A stretch of 64,000 nt of DNA, taken from contig CABWZY010000002.1 of the NCBI GenBank assembly GCA_902510055.1, positions 4,183 to 68,182 of the forward strand. The letters are read 5' to 3'. The position numbers and the translations under genes were made by a program. Positions 26,813 through 37,654 of the stretch are shown here, one piece after another (position 1 is the first letter of the stretch; each line of letters begins with the position of its first letter). The DNA is from an uncultured Candidatus Actinomarina sp. (GTDB taxonomy: Bacteria; Actinomycetota; Acidimicrobiia; Actinomarinales; Actinomarinaceae). The notes under the pieces were generated by a model. The model was given only the letters and a program-made list of their open reading frames with translations. It was not told the origin of the DNA and ran no database searches.

Positions 26813-28423
26813 CTTACTATCTTTAAATAGTAAGTGAAGGCATATAAAGAGAGAAGATATTCCTAAAAGAAAATTAAACGGTTTTATAACAAAATTATTT
26901 TTGTAGAATTTATTTTCGTTAGTGGCTAGGTTATCCAAATCAATTTTGTCAAAACATTTTACTTCATTAATTTCATATAAATTATGAAATAGGGAATTTT
27001 CAATTTCACAATAATCTGAATACTCAATGAAATAACTTAAACTTTGATTCAATTCTTCACTTTGTATTTTGGGTATGCCCATGAGTAAAAGAATTAATAG
27101 TACATATAAAATAAGATATAATTTACTTCGAATTTTCTTCTCGATAATATTTGTTATTAAAAATATAGTGCTTAACAAGAAAAGAAAAGAGTAGTAGTGA
27201 GGTTTAAAAGTATCTCCAACATTTGGATCAAAATTATTTACTGGCAATCCTGTAATTGAATGAAATAGCAAAAGACCCATTCCAAAAATAATAGCTATTA
27301 GAAATTTTCTATATTTTTTTTCTATAACCATATGTTTAAACAGTAAATAATAAAAGACTAAAGAGATGATTAACCCTATTGATTCATATAAATAAATATC
27401 TGTTTTTTCTTGTAAATAAATAGTTAACTGCTTATTTTCATTATTTATTGAAGGGGATTTAATTTCTTTCGTAGGGGAAAATTCAATAAATTCTTTTCTA
27501 CTAACAAAATAGTTACTACTGTCATTATCCCAATATAAATCAAAATAATCTCCAGTAGTTTCTAATAGGGTAATACCTATAAACGAATTAGCATGGTAAT
27601 GCTTAATAGGACTTGTCACTAGATTGTATAGATCAGTATTATAAATTATTTTAAATGGTGCTCTGTTGTCATAATTTTCTCCAACATTTACATCTGTAGC
27701 ACCACTCTGTACGTCCAGAATACCTTTACTTGTTGCATTTGAGTTCTCAATGGTAGTAGCTACAAATATGCATATAAATAATAGAAGTAAAGAAACAAGT
27801 TTCTTTTTATTGAAATTTAATAACAAATGAAAATATATACAAAATAAATAAACAGAAACAAGAACTAAGACATTTCCCTTTAAAGTTAGACAGCTGACTA
27901 AAAGCGGGATACAGAATAATATATATTTTGAATTCTTCTCTGATTTATATTTTTCTATGCAATAAATTATCCAGGGCATAAGCGAAAAAGCTAGAATCTC
28001 AGGTTTAAAAACTATTCTTTGAACAATTGAGATTGGGAAAAAGTTTATAAAAACAAATGTTAGAAAAATTGAAGAGTTTTTAAATTTTAAATAGTTTAAA
28101 AGCTTGTAGTAACCAAATAGTCCAAATATATATATATAAAAATTTGTTTGCTGAAGAGATTTATGAAAAAATAAATCAGAATTAGCAAAGTTATTATATT
28201 GAAAAAAATAATTTACATAATGTAAATAGTAGTAAAGCAAGCCATGCTCTCTGTTTATGCTTAAGTCTGGATCAGCAAAATGTTGAAAATATACAAAGTA
28301 TTCATAAAAATCAGGACTTTCAATGGAGTTATAGTATAAATAGTTAACTTCTTTCATCCACAGTATTGAAAGAATTAAGATAACAAAACTAAAAATACTC
28401 TTTTGTTTTTCACTTAATAGCAT
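26798..28423 (-). CDS. Polytopic membrane protein, GT-C-like (putative glycan-modifying transferase)
   Basis: 541 aa, many transmembrane helices. It has an acidic/aromatic first loop (ESPDFYEYFVYFQHF) and a large mid-protein soluble loop. The assignment is tentative. Confidence 0.35.
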   Translation of the reverse strand: MLLSEKQKSIFSFVILILSILWMKEVNYLYYNSIESPDFYEYFVYFQHFADPDLSINREHGLLYYYLHYVNYFFQYNNFANSDLFFHKSLQQTNFYIYIFGLFGYYKLLNYLKFKNSSIFLTFVFINFFPISIVQRIVFKPEILAFSLMPWIIYCIEKYKSEKNSKYILFCIPLLVSCLTLKGNVLVLVSVYLFCIYFHLLLNFNKKKLVSLLLLFICIFVATTIENSNATSKGILDVQSGATDVNVGENYDNRAPFKIIYNTDLYNLVTSPIKHYHANSFIGITLLETTGDYFDLYWDNDSSNYFVSRKEFIEFSPTKEIKSPSINNENKQLTIYLQEKTDIYLYESIGLIISLVFYYLLFKHMVIEKKYRKFLIAIIFGMGLLLFHSITGLPVNNFDPNVGDTFKPHYYSFLFLLSTIFLITNIIEKKIRSKLYLILYVLLILLLMGIPKIQSEELNQSLSYFIEYSDYCEIENSLFHNLYEINEVKCFDKIDLDNLATNENKFYKNNFVIKPFNFLLGISSLFICLHLLFKDSKLKLK

Positions 28424-28519
28424 ATATCAGTATTGTATATTTAGAAATTATTGAAGTGTATAAAATTTATATTAAAACATTTAATTTAAATTTTTTAATA
28501 ACAATAGACTAATTAAGTA

Positions 28520-29209
28520 ATGAAAATTTCAGTAATAATGCCTACCTATAATTCTGTTGATTTAATAAATCAATCAATTGAAAGTATATTAAATCAAACT
28601 TATGAAAATTTTGAGTTATTAATTTGTGATGATTCATCTACTGATGACACAAAAGATATAATTACTAATTATAAAAAACTAGATTCACGTATAAAGATAT
28701 TTGAGAATAGTAAAAATATTGGATTAACAAAATCTCTGAATAAATTAATAACTCAATCGAAAGGGGAACTTATTGCAAGGCAAGATTCAGACGATATTAG
28801 CTTTAGCAATAGATTCGAAAAGCAAATTAATTATATAGTAAATCAAAATTATGATGTAGTTGTATCTAGAGCCTTAAGGAAGCATAACAATAAAATTATC
28901 CCTAAGAGGTCTTATTATTTCCCTCCAAAATTTATAACTAAAATTAAGAACCCATTTATACATGGGACTCTCTTAATTAAAAAGAACGTAATTCAAGAAA
29001 TTGGTGGATATGATGAGAATTTTTACTACTCACAAGATTATAAGTTATTTTCGGACCTTTTAAAGGCTGGCTATAATTTTAAGCATTTGAGGGAACCACT
29101 TTACTTACTTAATATGAAAGATAATATTTCAGCTAATTTTAATAAACAACAAGATTATTATGCTAAATGTGTCAGAAACAACGAAATACCAAGTAAGCCC
29201 ATTAAATAG
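28520..29209 (+). CDS. Glycosyltransferase family 2
   Basis: ISVIMPTYNS...LLICDDSSTDDT...ARQDSDDIS is the GT-A/GT2 signature. Confidence 0.8.
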   Translation: MKISVIMPTYNSVDLINQSIESILNQTYENFELLICDDSSTDDTKDIITNYKKLDSRIKIFENSKNIGLTKSLNKLITQSKGELIARQDSDDISFSNRFEKQINYIVNQNYDVVVSRALRKHNNKIIPKRSYYFPPKFITKIKNPFIHGTLLIKKNVIQEIGGYDENFYYSQDYKLFSDLLKAGYNFKHLREPLYLLNMKDNISANFNKQQDYYAKCVRNNEIPSKPIK

Positions 29210-30551
29210 ACTTAAGATCTTATTGTTTGAAAGACTAGATCCTTATCTTGGGAAAATTAACAAAATAGCAACTTTTTTATCATTTGAAAATATGATTATT
29301 TATTTTTATTTTTTATTATTTATATTTGGTCGTTCATTTACCGGGGTCGAATTATTTAAATTTAGATTAGGGGAACTTATGATTGCGGGTGGAATGGTGA
29401 TGTTTTTTTATCATGTATTTATTAGGCCGGATCGGATTAATAGTTTGCTGGGGAAAAAGACAATCTGGATTTTTAGATTAGTTTTAATTCACTTCTTTAT
29501 AATGAATCTTTTTGAAGGTAATTTAGATAATTTTCTTAATACACAGGTATATAGGTCAAGTTCATATATATGGACTTTAGGTTTTATATTTATTTTGCCA
29601 TTTCTATCAAAAACACAAATTTTTGATAGAAATATATTTTTATCGCTAATGTTTTTGATTTTGCCCCTTTCTTATATATTTACTTGTGTTTACTACCCTG
29701 GATTTATTGAAAACTTTTTTGTCAATTTTTCTGACAAATTTAGGTATCTTAAGGGATCAGACCTATTTCTTATTTATTCAATATATTGTATTTTTTTCTT
29801 TGAGAGAATTAAAAATAATAATGTTATGTATTTATTTACTTTTCTTATGTCAGGGCTTTTACTTCCATTAATAATTTTTTCAAGTAGAGGTGCATCTATA
29901 GGGACTTTTATTATTTTAATTTATACCATCTACACAAACAGAAAAGCTTTTTTAAGGAATAAGATTTTATTCATCATCTCTTCTTTATTGTTTGTTTCTA
30001 CCCTTACACTTTCTTCTATTTACTTAGATTGGACAAAAATAGATTTTGAAGAGATAAACACAGAGATGGCTTTAGAAAGTTTAGAAATGACTTTAGTTTC
30101 AAAAAGATATCCTGAATATGATAAACCTTTTCTTTTCTTAGAAAACTCTAGATTAAACTCTGGTGATGGCAATTTAAACTGGAGACTCCAGATATGGCAA
30201 GATGTATTTTATGATTTGACGGAGAAACAATCTATATTTTTTGGATATGGTTACGACAACACAATACCTGCAATGGAAAGAATTGATAGAGCAGGCTTAG
30301 ATGGAACAAACATACATGTCCACAATTACTTTGTAAACATTCTTGCTAGAGGAGGCCTTTATCATCTATTTTTATTTATTTTATTTTATATCTTTCTATT
30401 AAAAAGGATTATAAATCTTAAATTATCAAACAATTCTTTAGTTTTTATACTTGCCGTTTTATTTGTATCTTTTTTTGATTCAAGTATGGAGTCTGTTAGA
30501 TTTCCCTTTCTGTTTTATTCAATTCTATCTTCTAAAATTAAAGAGAAATGA
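29160..30551 (+). CDS. O-antigen ligase/polymerase-like (Wzy_C) membrane protein
   Basis: 463 aa. IIFSSRGASIGTFIIL, an external loop with NWRLQIWQDV, and HVHNYFVNILARGGLY. Confidence 0.65.
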   Translation: MLNVSETTKYQVSPLNRLKILLFERLDPYLGKINKIATFLSFENMIIYFYFLLFIFGRSFTGVELFKFRLGELMIAGGMVMFFYHVFIRPDRINSLLGKKTIWIFRLVLIHFFIMNLFEGNLDNFLNTQVYRSSSYIWTLGFIFILPFLSKTQIFDRNIFLSLMFLILPLSYIFTCVYYPGFIENFFVNFSDKFRYLKGSDLFLIYSIYCIFFFERIKNNNVMYLFTFLMSGLLLPLIIFSSRGASIGTFIILIYTIYTNRKAFLRNKILFIISSLLFVSTLTLSSIYLDWTKIDFEEINTEMALESLEMTLVSKRYPEYDKPFLFLENSRLNSGDGNLNWRLQIWQDVFYDLTEKQSIFFGYGYDNTIPAMERIDRAGLDGTNIHVHNYFVNILARGGLYHLFLFILFYIFLLKRIINLKLSNNSLVFILAVLFVSFFDSSMESVRFPFLFYSILSSKIKEK

Positions 30552-30587
30552 GAAGAATATGTTCTTAGATGAATCTAATATTTAATT

Positions 30588-31622
30588 ATGGGAAAAGTAG
30601 CATTTATAACAGGAATTACAGGACAAGATGGATATTATTTAAGTAAACTCCTTCTTGAAAAGGGGTATGAAGTTCACGGAACGATACGAAGATCTTCAAC
30701 TATAAATACAGAAAGGATTGATCCATTAATTTCAGAATATAAAGATACAGGAAAGCTATCTTTACACTATTCTGACTTGCTAGATTCTTCATCTTTTAAT
30801 CAACTTATTCAGAAAATTCAACCAGATGAAATTTACAATTTAGCAGCACAATCTCATGTTGCAGTTTCATTTAAGAATCCAGTCTTCTCTACTCAAACCG
30901 GTACTTTAGGGCCACTATCTATACTTGAAGCTGTAAGAAATTCTCAAAAAGAAATCAAATATTATCAAGCATCATCTTCAGAAATGTTCGGAGGTATTGA
31001 CTCAGAAAAGCTTAATGAAGAATCAAAATTTATACCCAAAAGCCCATATGCAGCAGGAAAAGTTTTTGCTCATCAAATGACAAAAATATACAGAGAGTCT
31101 TATGGGATTTTTGCAGTAAATGGCATTTTGTTTAATCATGAATCACCATTAAGGGGAGAAACTTTTGTTACAAGAAAAATTACAAGAGCATTAGGAAGGA
31201 TACATCACGGCATTCAAACAAAACTAACTCTAGGGAACCTAGAAGCAAATAGGGACTGGGGTTTTGCAGGTGATTATGTAGAAGGTATGTGGATGATGAT
31301 GCATCATAAAGAGCCAGATGATTGGGTACTAGCAACAGGAGAGTCTCACAGCGTAAAGGACTTTCTTGAAGTTGCTTTTTCAGAGTTAGATTTAAATTAC
31401 GAAGATCATGTTGTAACCTCTGAAGAATATTACAGACCTAATGAAGTAAAGCATTTATTGGGAGACTATTCAAAAGCTAAAGAGAGATTAGGTTGGGAAC
31501 CTAAAACTTCATTCAAAGATTTAGTTAAATTGATGGTTGAAAAAGATCTTTTACTAGCTGAAAGGGAAAAGACTCTAATAGAAAATAAATTATTATCGCC
31601 TACTTGGGAATACTCAACTTAA
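30588..31622 (+). CDS. gmd: GDP-mannose 4,6-dehydratase
   Basis: Near full-length collinearity with E. coli Gmd: AFITGITGQDGYYL, YNLAAQSHVAVSF, YQASSSEMFG, SPYAAGK, NGILFNHESPLRGETFVTRKITRA. Confidence 0.92.
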   Translation: MGKVAFITGITGQDGYYLSKLLLEKGYEVHGTIRRSSTINTERIDPLISEYKDTGKLSLHYSDLLDSSSFNQLIQKIQPDEIYNLAAQSHVAVSFKNPVFSTQTGTLGPLSILEAVRNSQKEIKYYQASSSEMFGGIDSEKLNEESKFIPKSPYAAGKVFAHQMTKIYRESYGIFAVNGILFNHESPLRGETFVTRKITRALGRIHHGIQTKLTLGNLEANRDWGFAGDYVEGMWMMMHHKEPDDWVLATGESHSVKDFLEVAFSELDLNYEDHVVTSEEYYRPNEVKHLLGDYSKAKERLGWEPKTSFKDLVKLMVEKDLLLAEREKTLIENKLLSPTWEYST

Positions 31623-32540
31623 ATTTTTTTGAAACCATTCGTAAGTTGATTTTAATCCTTTATCTAGTTCGAAACTAGGCAGCCAACCGTAACTTCTCAT
31701 TAAAGAAGAATCTAGCAACTTTCTTGGATTTCCATTTGGCTTAGTTGTATCAAAAATTATTTCACCTTCATAATCTATTATTTCTTTTATTTTCAATGCC
31801 AGATCTTTAATTGAAATCTCTTCATCTGATCCAATGTTTATTAGATCATTTGAAATTTTATTTTCAATTATATATTTAATTGCTAAAGATAGATCATCAA
31901 CAAACAAAAACTCTCTTAAAGGAGTCCCGTCACCCCAAACTTCAAAATTGTCAATTTCTTGTATTTTTGCATCGTTCATTCTTCTTAAGAGTCCAGGGAT
32001 TACATGACTAGAATCTCTATCAAAATTATCATTCGGTCCATATAAATTAGTAGGCATTAAGTTAACTACTTCATGCCCAAATTGTTTATTTAAAGATCTA
32101 CCTATTTCAATAGCAGATAATTTTGCCATTGCGTATGGAGAGTTTGTGTCCTCTAACACACCTTCCATAAAGCTAGTTTCTTTTATAGGATTTGGAGCAT
32201 TTAATGGATATATGCAACTACTTCCAAGATTTATTATTTTTATATTTGGATTTTCAATAGAAGCTTCAAAAATGTTTATATTGATTTTTAAGTTTTCTAA
32301 TATAAATTCTGTTCTTAAATTGTTATTAGCTAATATTCCGCCTACTTTAGCGGCAGCATTAATAATTATGTCGGGGTTAACTTCTTTTATTGTTTTCTTA
32401 GTGTCAGGTAAATTAAATAAGTCAGTATCTTTTCTTGTAGATGCAAATATATTGTAATTTTTATTATTAGAAAATATCCTTTTACATGATGAACCAACCA
32501 GTCCATTACTACCAAATATTAAAACCTTACTAGATGTCAT
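31614..32540 (-). CDS. fcl: GDP-L-fucose synthase (GDP-4-keto-6-deoxymannose 3,5-epimerase/4-reductase)
   Basis: 308 aa. VLIFGSNGLVGS, INAAAKVGGILANN, GSSCIYP, YAMAKLSAIE, NLYGPNDNF. Confidence 0.85.
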   Translation of the reverse strand: MTSSKVLIFGSNGLVGSSCKRIFSNNKNYNIFASTRKDTDLFNLPDTKKTIKEVNPDIIINAAAKVGGILANNNLRTEFILENLKININIFEASIENPNIKIINLGSSCIYPLNAPNPIKETSFMEGVLEDTNSPYAMAKLSAIEIGRSLNKQFGHEVVNLMPTNLYGPNDNFDRDSSHVIPGLLRRMNDAKIQEIDNFEVWGDGTPLREFLFVDDLSLAIKYIIENKISNDLINIGSDEEISIKDLALKIKEIIDYEGEIIFDTTKPNGNPRKLLDSSLMRSYGWLPSFELDKGLKSTYEWFQKNLS

Positions 32541-32598
32541 AAATCTTATATTAAATATATATTAATTATGTGTGATTGGTAATTAAAATAACAATAGT

Positions 32599-33726
32599 TT
32601 GAATATTGTTTATTTTTTAACTTATGGTTACTCTTTAAAGACATGGAGTGATTCTTCAGCTCTTGAAAGAGAAGCTAGATACTTTAATTATTTAAGTGAA
32701 AAATATAATTTTAAATTTTACATTGTTACTTATGGAAATAAAGAAGATCTAGAGTATTCTTATCTTTTTGAGAATGCTGAAATAATTCCAATATATTCTC
32801 ATTTAAATAAAACTAGAAATAAGTTTATAAATTTCTTATTTTCTTTTCTTTATGCATTTAAATTAAACAAACTAATTAGAGAAGAAGATTTTGTTATTAA
32901 GCAGAATCAACTTTTTGGATCATGGGTTAGTATTGTTTTCAAAATTATCACTAAAAAGAAACTTTTTATTAGAACAGGATATGATATGTATTTATTTAGT
33001 ATTTTTGATAAAAAATCATTTATAAAAAAATTATCATATAAGCTACTAACAAAACTATCACTTCAATATTCAGATTTGTATTCAGTAAGCAGTAATAGTG
33101 ATTTAAAATTTTTAAATGAAAATTTTAAAATAAATAAAAATAAAGTTTCTCTTTTAAGAAACTGGATACAAGTCGAAGAAATAAAATATTTAAAGAAAAG
33201 AGAGGAAGTAGTTTTATCTGTTGGAAGATTGGAGTATCAAAAAAACTTTGGTTATATGATAAAAGAATTTCAAAACACAAATGATAAAATAGTTATTTAT
33301 GGAAATGGATCTGAAAAAAATAGGTTATTAGATTTATCAAGAGAACACAATGTTAACTTAGAAATAATAAATTCAATTAAAAACAAAGACTTAATGAAAA
33401 TACTAAATAGTTCTAAATATTTTATTTTACCATCAAATTTTGAAGGTAACCCCAAAGCTTTACTTGAAGCTATGTCTGCAGGCTGCATAGTCTTAGCTAG
33501 TAATATCAAAAACCATAATGAGATTATTAAAGATGGAGTAAATGGTTTCTTGTTCGACTTAAAGGAGAGCTCTCTTTTTAAAAAATTTGAAAATATTAAA
33601 AGCTTAAAAGAGGATGAATTAAATAATATTTCATTATCAGCTAATTTAAATATTCAGCAAGATTATTCAATTGAGGTAATAGCAAAAGAAGAAAAAGATT
33701 TGATACTAGGGTTATTAAATGACTGA
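32599..33726 (+). CDS. Glycosyltransferase family 4 (GT-B)
   Basis: TTG start. LSVGRLEYQKNF...YGNGSE...ILPSNFEGNPKALLEAMSAGCIVLASN...GVNGFLF. Confidence 0.78.
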   Translation: MNIVYFLTYGYSLKTWSDSSALEREARYFNYLSEKYNFKFYIVTYGNKEDLEYSYLFENAEIIPIYSHLNKTRNKFINFLFSFLYAFKLNKLIREEDFVIKQNQLFGSWVSIVFKIITKKKLFIRTGYDMYLFSIFDKKSFIKKLSYKLLTKLSLQYSDLYSVSSNSDLKFLNENFKINKNKVSLLRNWIQVEEIKYLKKREEVVLSVGRLEYQKNFGYMIKEFQNTNDKIVIYGNGSEKNRLLDLSREHNVNLEIINSIKNKDLMKILNSSKYFILPSNFEGNPKALLEAMSAGCIVLASNIKNHNEIIKDGVNGFLFDLKESSLFKKFENIKSLKEDELNNISLSANLNIQQDYSIEVIAKEEKDLILGLLND

Positions 33727-34657
33727 TAAAATTAATATACTTTTATGTTTTGATACAAACTACAACATACAGGGTGAAGTAACAATGACTTCACTATTAA
33801 GAAATACAAATAGTAGAATTAATTTTTATATTATTCACGACAATCCACCAACCTTTAGTGAAATGTCGAAAAGAATTAAAAAAAATAAGAAAACTGAGTC
33901 TGTAAATGTATATAAATTTAAAAAAAGAGAAGAAGTTACATTTCCTAATTTTGATGAATCTCATATGACAGAAGCAACTTATTATAGATTGTTTATTGGA
34001 GATTATTTACCTAAAGAAGTTAAAAATATAATGTATATAGATCCAGACATTATTTGTATTAATAATTTTAATTTAATTTTCAATACAACATTTGAAATTT
34101 TGAATAGATCCGATTTTGTTTTATCAGCAAGAACAGAGCATTATGAAAAAGATAATAGTGAGACAGTTGAACGCCTGGAATTAACAAATAATAAATATTT
34201 TAATGCTGGAGTTACATTTATAAATTATGAAAAATGGTTGAAAGAGAATTACACTGAAAACTTAACAAAGTGGATGAATTATCTTGGAGAAAGAGTTATG
34301 TGGTACGACCAAGATGTATTAAATTCTTATTTGAATGGAATGTATAACGAATTGCCAGCACAATTAAATTTTACTGATACACATTTACCAATTTCTGAGA
34401 TTAAAGAGGAGGCTGTTTTTTATCATTATTGGGGAAAGAAAAAACCCTGGACAATGAAAGGTATTTTGTATTATGGGGAAAGTTTTTATCAAGAGATATA
34501 TAGAGAATTAAATAATAATAAATACCACATTTTACATAGGTACAGAAGAGATTCTATATTTCACTTTCTAAATTTTGTCTTAACTTTGAAAATTTTTCGC
34601 TTAAAACATCCAATTAAACTAATTTCGAGTTTCGTTAAATCTTTAAAGAAAAGTTAA
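33719..34657 (+). CDS. Glycosyltransferase family 8
   Basis: ATYYRLFIGDYLP...IMYIDPDIICI (DxD), YFNAGVTFINYEKW, WYDQDVLNSY. Confidence 0.75.
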   Translation: MTDKINILLCFDTNYNIQGEVTMTSLLRNTNSRINFYIIHDNPPTFSEMSKRIKKNKKTESVNVYKFKKREEVTFPNFDESHMTEATYYRLFIGDYLPKEVKNIMYIDPDIICINNFNLIFNTTFEILNRSDFVLSARTEHYEKDNSETVERLELTNNKYFNAGVTFINYEKWLKENYTENLTKWMNYLGERVMWYDQDVLNSYLNGMYNELPAQLNFTDTHLPISEIKEEAVFYHYWGKKKPWTMKGILYYGESFYQEIYRELNNNKYHILHRYRRDSIFHFLNFVLTLKIFRLKHPIKLISSFVKSLKKS

Positions 34658-34659
34658 TT

Positions 34660-35439
34660 ATGAAAAAAAATGATACAGCTGTATGCGTAGTTGGAGATTT
34701 TAAATTTTTGTATAAATATTTAGACTTATTTGTCAACCAAATTAGAGATAATGGCAAATACACTGGAGAGATTTTAGTATTAACTTCTATTTTTTGTCCT
34801 ACATTCATTATCCCAATAAAGAACAAAAGTAATTTAACATTTATTCGTTTTAAGAGAATAAAATTTGATAAATTTACTGATTTAACATTAAAAAATATTA
34901 ATACAAAAGGTGAACCAAATAGGCATATACATAAGAAATTTCAATGGCATAAGGTAAATCTATTTCATAATCGAATGAAAAATTGGAAATATATTTTTTA
35001 TATAGATATAAATATGCAAATACACAAGGATATAAATCCTATTTTAAATTTAAAACCAGAGGGAGTTTTATTTGCAAATAGAGACTCTCATGATGATTTA
35101 TCATGGAAACTCAGTGGTCAGTTCGACAAAGAACATAAGGGATATAAGGAGCTATCTAAAAATTTTGATTTAGATATCAAGGATTATTTCCAAACAGGGA
35201 TAATTTATTACGATACAAATATTATTAGCAACGAAACAAGTCGAGAGATATTGGAGCTTGTTAAAAAATATCCTCATTCCAGAACTAATGAACAAGGAAT
35301 TTTAAATCTATATTTTATTTTTATAAGAAATATTTATAAAGAACTTCCAAAAAAATATGGTAAATATTATACGTATAATTATTGGAATGAAAATACAGAG
35401 ACTATTATTACTAAACAACTTGTAGAGAGATACAAATAA
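34660..35439 (+). CDS. Divergent GT8-like nucleotide-sugar transferase-fold protein
   Basis: 259 aa. WHKVNLF...YIFYIDINM, FQTGIIYYDTNII and NEQGILNLYF parallel GT8 blocks, but DxD reads DIN. Confidence 0.4.
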   Translation: MKKNDTAVCVVGDFKFLYKYLDLFVNQIRDNGKYTGEILVLTSIFCPTFIIPIKNKSNLTFIRFKRIKFDKFTDLTLKNINTKGEPNRHIHKKFQWHKVNLFHNRMKNWKYIFYIDINMQIHKDINPILNLKPEGVLFANRDSHDDLSWKLSGQFDKEHKGYKELSKNFDLDIKDYFQTGIIYYDTNIISNETSREILELVKKYPHSRTNEQGILNLYFIFIRNIYKELPKKYGKYYTYNYWNENTETIITKQLVERYK

Positions 35440-35452
35440 ATAGAATTAAAAA

Positions 35453-36868
35453 ATGAACATTTTAAGTAAAAAATATGTAACTTCAAATATTTCAGTTGTA
35501 TTATTGCTTCCTTTTATGTTTAATTTTATTAAGAAAATTTTAAATAATGAGATTATTTTAATTAATTATTATTTAGATAATAAAAATGTTTTCTTTTTAT
35601 TAGTACTTAATTCTATTTTCTATTTTTATATCTCAAGGTTAATAAGTGAGACATTTAATTTAGAGTCACTCTCCCTGTCTCTTGTTTACTTCTTTACTAG
35701 TTTTTTCCTATTTGTTTTCTTTTCTTTGACTTTGTTAAAGGGTTTAGATTTCCAATTAGTAACAGGGATTGTACTTTTTCTTTGGTTTAGTTTTCTACTT
35801 ATTAAATGTAGTTCAAAATTAAAAGTAATTTATTTATTAATAAGTTATCTAATTATCTCTGTAATTAACCATCGTTTCTATTTTGATGTAAGGAACCTCG
35901 GAGAGTATGTTGAATTAAATACAGATGTACCTGTTCAATGGTTTGGAATGGCTGAATCGATATATTCTTATAATTATTTTTATACTTTTACAAACAATTT
36001 AATTGATGGTCATGGTTTATTTCTTAGCTATATACAGTCTCTTGTATTCAAAATAAATTTTTTTAATAAAGAATTTGAATTTTTAAGACTTAATTCAAAT
36101 TTATTTCTTATCTTCACTTTGTTTTTATTTCTTGATTTAAAAATAAATAAAAAAAATAAAATAATTATTTCAACGTTATTTGTTTCTTTAGTACTAAATA
36201 GTGATTGGTTAACTTATCTTTTTGTGGATTCCTTAATGCTAGAAGGAATTGTTAGTTTAATATTTGCAATTTATTTAGTAAATCTAAATAAACATTTAAA
36301 TTCTAATTTGAATCTAAGCTCAGTTATCTTTTTTACTTCTTTTAGTTGTTTATTTTTTAGTAAACAATTTATATCAACTTTGACAATTGTTATTTTTATA
36401 TATCTCTTATTTGTTAAAAGGAGCAGGAATGTATTAATAACTTTACCAATTTACTTTCTAGATATGATTTATAAAAGAATTTATAATCCAGAAATTAAAA
36501 GTTTTGAATACTTAAATGGATTTAATTACAGTGATTTTATCTTAGATCTATTTTTCTTAAGAGATCTTGAGTTAAATAATATTAAGAAAATAATAGAACA
36601 ATTTATTATTGATAAGCCAATGACCTTGTTATTTATTATATTTCTTATTTTTAATCTCTTTAATTTCATTAAATTTGGTAAAAACAACTTTTCTAATAGT
36701 TTGTTTTTCATGACAATATTGTTAAATATATTTCTGGTTTTAATATTATTTATTGCCTGGTGGAAGGATTTTGGAATTCAATCATCATATAGATACATAC
36801 TAAACACTCTACATTTAGTTTTGATTTCAGTTTTCTATAATATAGACTCACTTGAAGAAAATGTTTAA
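35453..36868 (+). CDS. Hypothetical polytopic membrane protein
   Basis: 471 aa, about 12 hydrophobic helices. No family motif recognised by eye. Confidence 0.4.
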   Translation: MNILSKKYVTSNISVVLLLPFMFNFIKKILNNEIILINYYLDNKNVFFLLVLNSIFYFYISRLISETFNLESLSLSLVYFFTSFFLFVFFSLTLLKGLDFQLVTGIVLFLWFSFLLIKCSSKLKVIYLLISYLIISVINHRFYFDVRNLGEYVELNTDVPVQWFGMAESIYSYNYFYTFTNNLIDGHGLFLSYIQSLVFKINFFNKEFEFLRLNSNLFLIFTLFLFLDLKINKKNKIIISTLFVSLVLNSDWLTYLFVDSLMLEGIVSLIFAIYLVNLNKHLNSNLNLSSVIFFTSFSCLFFSKQFISTLTIVIFIYLLFVKRSRNVLITLPIYFLDMIYKRIYNPEIKSFEYLNGFNYSDFILDLFFLRDLELNNIKKIIEQFIIDKPMTLLFIIFLIFNLFNFIKFGKNNFSNSLFFMTILLNIFLVLILFIAWWKDFGIQSSYRYILNTLHLVLISVFYNIDSLEENV

Positions 36869-37561
36869 CTTGCTCAAGGTAACCATTTTATAGAAAATTT
36901 TAATTGCATCTTTTATCTTTATTTTTTTTCCATCCTCGTAAGATCTTCCATGGTACTTTATTGGCACTTCATAAATTTCAATACCTAGCCTTAATGCTTT
37001 AGAAAGTATTTCTACTTCCAGACTAAATCCTTTTTCTTTAATGTTAAGTTCTCTTAAAGTTTTAACTTCACTTAACTGATAGCAAGTTGAAATATCAGAA
37101 ACTTTATACATATTTATTAATGAGAAGAAAATTGAAAAAAGACGATTTATTAGATATGTAATAAAATATAAATTCTTCCTCTCTTTCTCTCCTAATACTC
37201 TAGAACCAAGGATCAAACTATTAGGATTATTTATTGCAACATTAAACATTTCAGGAATATCATCTGGGAAATATTCTAGATCTGCATCATGAACTATTAC
37301 ATGTGTTGAGTCAACCATTTCAAGACCTTTTTTTACTGCATTTCCTTTTCCTGAATTTCTCTTTGTTTGCAATAAAACAATATTTTTATATTTATCTGCA
37401 AAATCTTTAGCAATATTCATGCTTGAGTCTGAGGATTTGTCATCAACAAGTATTATTTTGTCAAAAATATTTACTTCTAAGAGTCTATTTAATGAGCCAG
37501 CTAAATAATCTTCTTCATTAAAGAAAGGTACAACAACTGATAATGTTTTATTATTTTTCAT
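36848..37561 (-). CDS. Glycosyltransferase family 2 (Dpm1/polyprenol-phosphate glycosyltransferase-like)
   Basis: LSVVVPFFNEEDYL...LVDDKSSDSS...VHDADLEY. Confidence 0.8.
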   Translation of the reverse strand: MKNNKTLSVVVPFFNEEDYLAGSLNRLLEVNIFDKIILVDDKSSDSSMNIAKDFADKYKNIVLLQTKRNSGKGNAVKKGLEMVDSTHVIVHDADLEYFPDDIPEMFNVAINNPNSLILGSRVLGEKERKNLYFITYLINRLFSIFFSLINMYKVSDISTCYQLSEVKTLRELNIKEKGFSLEVEILSKALRLGIEIYEVPIKYHGRSYEDGKKIKIKDAIKIFYKMVTLSKLNIFFK

Positions 37562-37654
37562 GGTAACTTCCTATATACAAAATTATAAGGTAGATAACTA
37601 TTTAATTTAATAAAGAAGAAAGTAAGGATACCAGAGGTTTTAGAATTAAATAAA

